Source: Candidatus Eiseniibacteriota bacterium (GTDB lineage: Bacteria; Eisenbacteria; RBG-16-71-46). From it: a stretch of DNA of 15,282 nucleotides. Positions 9,701 through 15,282 of the stretch are shown one piece after another. The translations under genes and the position numbers were made by a program. How positions within the stretch are numbered: position 1 is the stretch's first letter; every line of letters begins with the position of its first letter. Under the pieces are notes generated by a model. The model ran no database searches. It was not told the origin of the DNA and worked only from the letters and a program-made list of their open reading frames with translations. Location of the stretch: contig JANLWX010000204.1 of the NCBI GenBank assembly GCA_031364845.1, positions 1 through 15,282 of the forward strand, given 5' to 3'.

Positions 9701-10299
9701 AATCCGTGGGAGCGTCGTCCGACTTCGATGGCGCGCGCTCCGGGATTGCCGCCTCCGACGTTGACGTAGAGGCCCGACCCGCTCACATACCGGAATGTGT
9801 TCACGGGCAGGGAACTGGTGGACGCTGCCGAGGGCGTGAGCCGGACCCCGTCGGCGAATACCTGGAGCGGAGTCCACGACACGGAAGTAGCCCGGTAGAC
9901 GTTGCCTGAAACCGCCGACCACCGGCTCGTACCCGAGAAGTCGTCGGCTCCCGTCACGATCACATCCGGTCCGGCCGCCTCGATCACGAACGGGCTGCTC
10001 GAAGAGCCCGACGCGCTCACGTCGACCTGTTCGCGGTAGGTCGCGGGCTGAACCAGAATCACAGCACCCGCCGCGCCGCGAGCCGACACCGCGAACCGGA
10101 TGGTCTTGAACGGAAGGTCGCTTGTGCCCGGCCCCGAGTCGGAGGCAAGCGGGTTGGATCCGTCGACGTAATACGTCGCGGCGAGCACCGACGATGCGCT
10201 CGCGAGCAGCAGTACGCCGCATGCCACCACGAGCCTCACGAAGAGATTCGGGCCCTGAACGGGTGACCGCGGACCGGCGCTGCGTGACGGACCAGGCAT
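6748..10299 (-). CDS. Large secreted modular protein: signal peptide, right-handed parallel beta-helix, 4 Ig/cadherin-like repeats, CBM4/9-like domain, T9SS-CTD/FlgD-like C-terminus (1183 aa)
   Basis: ATG at 10299 preceded by GGAG. Signal region LVVACGVLLLASASSVLA|ATYYVDG; GAVILVQPATYRE; Asn-ladder repeats (NNDHGIYV, ANGIYL, NGDHGF); LSAGSPAIDGG...DIGAHEY; ELVANPGFESGTAGW...FLVDDVSI; DVFDIGGRRV...GTYFYRL...GRFAIVR. Confidence 0.85.
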   Translation of the reverse strand: MPGPSRSAGPRSPVQGPNLFVRLVVACGVLLLASASSVLAATYYVDGSNPLASDSGPGTSDLPFKTIRFAVSARGAAGAVILVQPATYREQVDVSASGSSSSPFVIEAAGPDVIVTGADDFSGTSRWSAVSGNVYRATSVSWTPLQVFADGVRLTPSAASTSSLPVNTFRYVSGSGLYVNVGGGNPGARAIEVGRRSHGFRVTGSYVTVDGFHVLHTEDHAIDVLSATASTIQDCAVSFANHLGIEVSSGNSVSLLRNSVSDNNDHGIYVSSSPNCRIVGNASFRNARPAVRAANGIYLNGSTGCTVEGNRFYDNQDSGAQFYNGANNCISRNNVSWNNGDHGFDHVRTGGVKHSNDVAYGNYKDGFSFEGSSPNASLFNCIAVDNGITTSEYNLWIDDTSMSGFQSNDNVIWNSTSQAPVKFNSTAYSSIASYASATGRDTRSIQSSPMFVNPAEGTFKLSAGSPAIDGGNAGATAWPALDATGAPRVDDPATVNRGLGTPAYADIGAHEYGRLTPDRAPVVIALTTATINEGSFLTMFVNARDPDDDPITSLTADFSNLPIGNHAEFVPNPDNTGGTLSWAPSFSVAAGSPYTVTFTAANAMSGSRSSSITVLNVDRAPVMLAPAAATAERGTTYALNVIAADPDGEAVTTFTANLSGLPAGNNAVFTTDATLTTGILTWTPQPADGPGPYPVRFNAGNALSVEKVTWVRVSRAPVVVAPLAIFGHEATTISVNVTASDRDGDAITALTADLSGLPAGHNATFSTNASKTSGTLTWTPTFFDSRAVPYSIRFTARSDLYQSATTAITVDNIDRNPVVTAPATVAALEGIRTSITITAADPDLEPLTSLTADVSGLPAGHNAVFTPNGSKSSGTLTWTPAYADAGGAPYVVRFRAANALANTAGTSITVRDLPAPGTELVANPGFESGTAGWSVVGSATLTRVSSGHSGGFAAQLATSSGSKSSFAITDDPASVGYVAAAGSTYRLQAWVRSSSSGGTIRLRVVETLAGSQQGSEAFSSGVTLSSSWKLVTFDYVTRAAGSELDLQIVNSPRKGRESFLVDDVSIKQLPNANIPIEAAAASREPATGLDVRSNGTFSARAVDLGAGYLELWFSTLTDGDVRIDVFDIGGRRVGRPLHAFMTAGEHRAALVGAEAGAKPGGGTYFYRLTALDGIRTGRFAIVR
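7561..8748 (-). repeat. Four tandem ~100-aa Ig/cadherin-like coding repeats (100, 96, 100, 100 aa)
   Basis: Units begin DRAPVV / DRAPVM / SRAPVV / DRNPVV. Approximate consensus AxD(P/R)D, TA(D/N)xS(G/N)LPxG, GxLxWxP and PYxxxFxA. Diverged at DNA level. Confidence 0.85.
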
Positions 10300-10454
10300 G
10301 ATGCTCCAGGCAGGATGTAGTGGATTGGACCGTGACTGCTGACCGCAACGCCTCGTTGCCGAGCGAGCATCATATTCCATGCGAGTCACGAAAAGTAAGC
10401 GGCATCGCGGTGCATGGACACGGCCACGGGCGTGGCGGGCGCCCGTTGTCTACA

Positions 10455-12452
10455 ATGCCTCAGACCATGACCCCCACACCTCCGACTCCCGCGCGCCCCG
10501 ATACGCGCCTTGCCGTGATCGGCACCGCCGGACACATCGACCACGGCAAGACCGCCCTCGTGCGCCGGCTCACCGGGATCGACACCGACCGGCTGCCGGA
10601 AGAGAAGAAGCGCGGCATTTCGATCGATCTGGGATTCGCTCCGCTCACGACGCCCGGCGGCATTCGCGTGGGCATCGTCGATGTTCCGGGCCACGAGCGC
10701 TTCGTGAAGAACATGCTCGCCGGTGTCGGCGGGATCGATCTGGTGCTGCTCGTGATCGCCGCGGATGAGAGCGTGATGCCGCAGACCCGCGAGCACTTTG
10801 CGATCGTGAAGCTGCTCGGCATCACACGCGGCATCGTGGTGCTCACCAAGTGCGATCTGGTCGAGCCCGACTGGATCGCCGAGGTGAAGCGCGACGTTGC
10901 GGCGCTCGTTGCCGGTTCGGCGCTCGAAGCTGCTCCGATCGTCGAGTTCTCTGCCGTGACCGGACGCGGCGCGCCCGAGCTGTTGGCCGAGGTCGACATC
11001 CAGCTCGCCGGGCTCGCGAACCGCTCCGCCGCCGAAGCCGCGCGACTGCCGGTCGATCGCGTGTTCAGCGTGGAAGGCTTCGGCACCGTGGTCACCGGCA
11101 CGCTGTGGCGCGGCGTCGTGCGCACCGGCGATGTGCTGGCACTGTTGCCCGGCGGACGTGAGACGCGCGTGCGGCGCGTGCAGGTCCACGGCGCCACCGT
11201 CGATGAAGCCCGCGCCGGCCAGCGCACCGCGCTCGCGATTCACGGCGTGGAGCGCGATCAGGTCGAGCGCGGCGACTGGCTGGTGACTTCGGAGTCGCTG
11301 CGGCCCTCGAACATTCTCGACGTCCGCTTCGAACTGCTCGGCGATCTCGCGCGACCGTGGCCCTCCAATCAGCGCGTGCGGTTTCATCTCGGCGCGAGCG
11401 AGATCATCGGGCGGCTGATTCTGCTGGAAGGCGACGAAGAGCAGATCGCCGGATCGAGCGATGGCGAAGTGGCGGCGCAGACGCGCCTCGTGCTGCGGCC
11501 TGGCGAGAGCGCGCTCGCGCAGTTGCGGCTCGAGAAGCCGACCGTCGCCGCGCGCGGCGATCGCTTCGTGATCCGCGCGTATTCGCCGAGCCGCACGATC
11601 GGCGGCGGAGCCGTGATCGAGCCGGTGGCCGCGCGTCGACGACGGCATTCCGGCGGCATCGAACAGCTCGCCGTGCACGAGAGCGGCTCGCTCGAAGCAC
11701 GCATTCTCGAGCGCCTCGAACACGAGACCAAGCCCGCCGCCACCGCGCATCTTGCGCAGCAACTCTCGGAGCGCGAGCCCGACGTGCTCGCCGCCTTGCA
11801 AGGCTTGCTCGAGCACGATGAAGTCGTGAGCCCCGTCGCCGGCCGCTGGTTTGGCGTCACCCGCTGGCGCGCGACGCGCGATGCGATCGAGCGCGACGTC
11901 GCCGCGTACGCCGAGAAATTCCCCGCGCGCTACGGCATTGCCAAGGGCGATTTGAAGAGTGCGATGCGCGCGACCACCGAAGCCGCGCTGTTCGATCCCG
12001 CGTTCGAATCGCTGGTGGCCGACGGCACGTTCGATCTGCGCTCGGAGCGCGTGCGCATGGCCGGGGAATCCTGGGAACCGCCGGCCGCCACCATGAAGGC
12101 ACTGACTGCGGTCGAAGCCGAACTCGAAGCCGCCGGACTCTCGGTGCCCGACAATGCCGCGTGGCAGGCGAAGCTCGGCGCGACCGCGGGTGAGGTGATG
12201 ACGCTCGGCGTGTTCCTCGGACGCCTCGTGCGCGTGACGCAGGAGTTCACGTATACCTCCGCCCAGTTGGAGCGCCTGCGGGAGAAACTCGCCGCGCACT
12301 TCGCCGAGGCGCCGACATTGAGCGTCGCCGCGTTCAAGGAACTCGCCGCCGTGAGCCGCAAGCACGCGGTCCCACTGCTGGAGCACGGCGATCGCGTGGG
12401 GTGGACGGTGCGGGCGGGGGATGAGCGCAAGCGCGGCGGGAAGGTCGGGTAG
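10455..12452 (+). CDS. selB: Selenocysteine-specific translation elongation factor SelB (start 10455 or 10467)
   Basis: [83 protein letters not shown], and a C-terminal winged helix [19 protein letters not shown] (SECIS-binding region). Confidence 0.97.
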   Translation: MPQTMTPTPPTPARPDTRLAVIGTAGHIDHGKTALVRRLTGIDTDRLPEEKKRGISIDLGFAPLTTPGGIRVGIVDVPGHERFVKNMLAGVGGIDLVLLVIAADESVMPQTREHFAIVKLLGITRGIVVLTKCDLVEPDWIAEVKRDVAALVAGSALEAAPIVEFSAVTGRGAPELLAEVDIQLAGLANRSAAEAARLPVDRVFSVEGFGTVVTGTLWRGVVRTGDVLALLPGGRETRVRRVQVHGATVDEARAGQRTALAIHGVERDQVERGDWLVTSESLRPSNILDVRFELLGDLARPWPSNQRVRFHLGASEIIGRLILLEGDEEQIAGSSDGEVAAQTRLVLRPGESALAQLRLEKPTVAARGDRFVIRAYSPSRTIGGGAVIEPVAARRRRHSGGIEQLAVHESGSLEARILERLEHETKPAATAHLAQQLSEREPDVLAALQGLLEHDEVVSPVAGRWFGVTRWRATRDAIERDVAAYAEKFPARYGIAKGDLKSAMRATTEAALFDPAFESLVADGTFDLRSERVRMAGESWEPPAATMKALTAVEAELEAAGLSVPDNAAWQAKLGATAGEVMTLGVFLGRLVRVTQEFTYTSAQLERLREKLAAHFAEAPTLSVAAFKELAAVSRKHAVPLLEHGDRVGWTVRAGDERKRGGKVG

Positions 12453-12610
12453 GCTGCTGCGCTTGTGCCGCAGCGACTTGCGACGCCGTCGGCCCGGAGT
12501 TGTGGAGCCACATTCCCCCGCAAGATTCCCGCAGAAGCGCGCCATCGCGAGGAGTATTCTGAAGACCCCACTTCGGGGATCGGCCCCGAACGTGTCTCCG
12601 GGAGTCACTC

Positions 12611-13375
12611 ATGAAACGATTGCTACTCCTGATGTCCGTGACATCACTTCTTCTCGCCGCCCCCGTTCGAGCCGGAATCAATCTCTCGTGGGACGACTGC
12701 GGCAGCGCAGGTGCGTCGAGGAAGGATTTCGCGTGCGACACGAACACCGGAATTCCGTTCAGGCTCATCGGGTCGATCGTGCCCCAGCAGACCGTCGGTG
12801 TAGTGGTCGGAGCTTCGGCCCAGATCAACATCCTCGGCACGCAGGCACAACTGCCCGACTGGTGGAAGTTCGGCTCGACCGCCTGTCGCGGAAGCACGGC
12901 GCTGGGTGTGAGCTTCGACTTTCAGAGCGATGGGCCTTACACCTGCACGGATCCATGGATGACCCGCGCGCAGGGGATGATGACGTACCAGGTCATGAAC
13001 GCCACCGATGCGAGGATTCTGCTTTCGACTGCAATGCCCGAAGGCGAGACGGTCTCGTTCGACAGCGGCACCGAGTACTACGTGTTCCGGTTGAACCTCG
13101 GGCGCTCGCGCACCACCGGAACCGGAGCGTGTGCGGGATGTTCGATGCCCGCGTGTCTATTGCTCGACAACATCCAGTTGTTCCAGAGCCCTCAGGAGGC
13201 GAATGATCCGATCGATTCGGCAGGGGCGATCAGCCAATTGGCCACATGGCACGGTGCAGGCATCTTCACGTGGGATGATTTCGAGAACCACCGAAGCGGC
13301 ATTGGATGCGCGCCAGATCTGCCGACCCGCGCCGCGCGATCCACGTGGGGAGCGGTGAAGAGTCTTTATCGATGA
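12611..13375 (+). CDS. Secreted Cys-rich protein of unknown function with C-terminal STWGAVKSLYR motif (254 aa)
   Basis: GGAG 6 nt before ATG. Sec signal MKRLLLLMSVTSLLLAAPVRA|. Eight Cys including CAGCxxxxC-like cluster (CAGCSMPAC). Ends PTRAARSTWGAVKSLYR. Confidence 0.85.
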   Translation: MKRLLLLMSVTSLLLAAPVRAGINLSWDDCGSAGASRKDFACDTNTGIPFRLIGSIVPQQTVGVVVGASAQINILGTQAQLPDWWKFGSTACRGSTALGVSFDFQSDGPYTCTDPWMTRAQGMMTYQVMNATDARILLSTAMPEGETVSFDSGTEYYVFRLNLGRSRTTGTGACAGCSMPACLLLDNIQLFQSPQEANDPIDSAGAISQLATWHGAGIFTWDDFENHRSGIGCAPDLPTRAARSTWGAVKSLYR

Positions 13376-13396
13376 TGCGGGGATGATGAGATGGGA

Positions 13397-13431
13397 GCGA
13401 CGACCACCTTCGTGATGGGGGTGGTCGTTGT
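13397..13431 (+). terminator. 15-bp hairpin (with G-U pairs) downstream of the Cys-rich gene; probable terminator or stabilising stem
   Basis: GCGACGACCACCTTC (13397-13411) pairs with GGGGGTGGTCGTTGT (13417-13431) around loop GTGAT. The U-tract is poor. Confidence 0.45.
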
Positions 13432-13521
13432 GATTCGGAGGTGGAGCTTCACCGTGCTCTTGGTTAATGTCTCTCAGGGTGATTGGTGTGAGGGCTTCTT
13501 GGCGCCAAGCGTGGGGGCCGC

Positions 13522-14364
13522 GTGAGGGGAGAGGATTGGAGCAAGGAAGAAGTACGCCTCACGGTTGAGGATTACTTCGACATGCTTCGACGCGAATTGC
13601 GGGGTGAATCGTTCAACAAGACGGCACACAGACGCAGCCTTCTGCCCCACCTGGAAGGCCGCACAGACGGCGCCGTTGAAATGAAGCGCGCGAACATTAG
13701 CGCCGCTCTCTCGGACATGGGGCTTCCGTTCATCGACGGATACAAGCCTCGACACAATTATCAGGATCTTGTCTTGGACTTCGTGGAGAAAATTCCCGAA
13801 GACCTCCGAGATTTGATGGACCAGACCCTTGTCTCGATGCCTGAGAGATCCACAGCCATCGAGTTGGCAGATGTGGAACGAGAGGTCCGGCCGCCAGTTG
13901 GTGGAAACGCGGGCAAAGTCGAAGATCGTAGTGCGCCGCGTCCCCCGATCTTCCGATTTGACTATGCCGAGCGAGACGCGGCCAATCGCCGTCTGGGACT
14001 ATTGGGTGAGGAATTTGTTCTCGAAATCGAGCGAAAACGACTCATCAGGTCGGGTCGCCCGGACCTTGCACGGTCAGTTCAATGGACGTCCAAGGAAGTT
14101 GGAGACGGCGCTGGCTACGACATCCGATCGTTCACCAAAGACGGCAATGATGCATTCATCGAGGTGAAGACTACGAATCTTGGCCGGGGATTCCCGTTCT
14201 TCATTACCTCGGGAGAAAAGAAGATGTCAGAGAGGCTGGAGGCACAGTACAGGCTCGTCCGTGTGTTCCACTTCTCCAAAGATGCTCGCTTCTACACTTT
14301 GCGAGGCGCCGTGTCGTTAACCTGCACCCTTGATCCGGAACTGTTTAGAGCACGACCGCTTTGA
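13522..14364 (+). CDS. DUF3883 (NO VEIN C-terminal-like) PD-(D/E)xK nuclease with an N-terminal helical domain (280 aa)
   Basis: LGLLGEEFVLEIE, GDGAGYDIRSF, FIEVKTT, FFITSGE, YRLVRVFHF match the DUF3883 pattern. N-terminal DWSKEEVRLTVEDYFDML...NISA..GYKPRHNYQ. Confidence 0.85.
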   Translation: MRGEDWSKEEVRLTVEDYFDMLRRELRGESFNKTAHRRSLLPHLEGRTDGAVEMKRANISAALSDMGLPFIDGYKPRHNYQDLVLDFVEKIPEDLRDLMDQTLVSMPERSTAIELADVEREVRPPVGGNAGKVEDRSAPRPPIFRFDYAERDAANRRLGLLGEEFVLEIERKRLIRSGRPDLARSVQWTSKEVGDGAGYDIRSFTKDGNDAFIEVKTTNLGRGFPFFITSGEKKMSERLEAQYRLVRVFHFSKDARFYTLRGAVSLTCTLDPELFRARPL

Positions 14365-14442
14365 GCCCGACACTCTCGTCGAGCCGCCAAAGGAGCGCTG
14401 CTGCCAACGCGAACAGGATCGTCACCAGGTGGGAGACCGGCC

Positions 14443-14679
14443 GTGAAGAAGATTCTGATCTATCTCGCCGAACACCCCGAAAAGCTGAGCGAGCTGTATC
14501 TCGCCGCATCCGAGATCGTCGATGACTTCAGTGACTACGGCGCCGTACTTCAGGCAAACTCGGAAGGCGAATACGACGGCACGACGGCGATCGAGAAGCT
14601 TCGCATCGCACGCGATGAAATCGTGGATGGATCCGCTGGCTACCGACCCTCGTCCACCAAGGGCCCCTTGAATCGCTGA
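14443..14679 (+). CDS. Small acidic hypothetical protein (78 aa)
   Basis: GGGAG 7 nt upstream of GTG. Protein-like composition, unlike the Arg/Ala-rich shadow ORFs. No recognised family. Confidence 0.6.
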   Translation: MKKILIYLAEHPEKLSELYLAASEIVDDFSDYGAVLQANSEGEYDGTTAIEKLRIARDEIVDGSAGYRPSSTKGPLNR

Positions 14680-15282
14680 TCGGTTTCAACTGCCGCCGAA
14701 TCCGCCAACGCCTCTCTCGGCGGTTCCTTCGGCTTCACCATCAGCATCTTCTCCCGCTCGCACATCACCGTTCCCGCCGGGGCCTTGCGCGGTTTGCGCA
14801 CGTACTTCTTGAGCGTGTAGATCACCGGCACCGTTCCCGCCGTTGCCGACTTGGAGTAGAACGCCGTCCACGCTGCGACTTCGTGCAGCGTCTGCTTCGA
14901 CGGTTCGTCCTTGCCTTTGCCGCGTCGCAGCACAACGTGCGAGCCCGGCGTTCCGTGAACGTGGAACCAGTAGTCCTCGGGGCGCGCCAGGTGCAGTGTC
15001 AGGTGATCGTTGCCTTCGTTGTTGCGACCGATCAGCACGTCCCAGCCTTCGGTCGTCTTGAGTCTTCGTGGCTGGAGCTTGGCGGGGAGTTCGAGCTTGC
15101 GCTTGGGACTCTCGGCAGCAACAACACCCGCAGCCTGCGCTGCGCCTCCGCGTAGCGGGGGCACGCCCGCTTCGCGCCGCGCGTTGGGCGGCATGCGATC
15201 GAAGGTCTGTTCCAGCTCGTGAGAGATCTCGGCGTCGAAAGGTGTCGAGGCTCCTTCCGCCGAAGCTGTGAGCGACGCCTCC
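14640..15282 (-). CDS. rqcH: 3' part of an NFACT-family protein (RqcH/FbpA-like ribosome quality-control factor), NFACT-R domain
   Basis: VLIGRNNEGNDHLT, DYWFHVHGTPGSHVVLR, AAWTAFYSK, VIYTLKKYVRKPRKAPAGTV. The frame stays open upstream of ATG 15194 to the window edge (EASLTASAEG...QTFDRM), so the gene is partial. The symbol assumes a full-length NFACT protein. Confidence 0.85.
   Translation of the reverse strand, partial: EASLTASAEGASTPFDAEISHELEQTFDRMPPNARREAGVPPLRGGAAQAAGVVAAESPKRKLELPAKLQPRRLKTTEGWDVLIGRNNEGNDHLTLHLARPEDYWFHVHGTPGSHVVLRRGKGKDEPSKQTLHEVAAWTAFYSKSATAGTVPVIYTLKKYVRKPRKAPAGTVMCEREKMLMVKPKEPPREALADSAAVETDQRFKGPLVDEGR

Noticed and set aside
10386..12608. 740-aa antisense ORF over selB
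   Set aside because: Mirror frame of a clearly authentic gene; no domain signatures.
12453..12610. Possible tRNA-Sec (selC) next to selB
   Set aside because: No UCA anticodon arm, T-loop or long acceptor stem could be built by eye on either strand.
13498..14430. Degenerate integron attC-like ends around the nuclease (GTGGGGGC before the start, GCCCGAC...TCGAGC after the stop) and the palindrome CTTGGCGCCAAG at 13498-13509
   Set aside because: The invariant AAC/GTT triplets are missing, the downstream spacer does not form an attC hairpin, and no integrase is present. IntegronFinder would settle it.

Overview
High-GC bacterial chromosome segment, mostly housekeeping and cell-surface genes. 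In order: 5' part of a divergent secreted-protein gene (- strand, truncated), murA with a sigma70-type promoter and intrinsic terminator, and a class I SAM methyltransferase. On the - strand follow a membrane Ser/Thr kinase with a TolB-like beta-propeller, a GT-C (ArnT/PMT-like) glycosyltransferase, and a ~1180-aa secreted protein (beta-helix + 4 Ig/cadherin-like repeats + CBM4/9-like + T9SS-CTD/FlgD-like C-terminus). Then come a stand-alone selB, a Cys-rich secreted protein ending in STWGAVKSLYR, an AT-richer islet (DUF3883-type PD-(D/E)xK nuclease + 78-aa ORF), and the 3' part of an NFACT/RqcH gene. The C-terminal motifs suggest an FCB-related lineage such as Ca. Eisenbacteria (inference from recall, not verified). 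No rRNA, tRNA, CRISPR array, transposase or integrase was seen. Best leads: the TWGxxK C-terminal motif as a possible uncharacterised sorting signal, the nuclease/small-ORF islet as a candidate defence module, a 13-codon uORF coupled to the kinase, and a speculative SECIS-like hairpin after the UGA of the gene next to selB. None is established from sequence alone.
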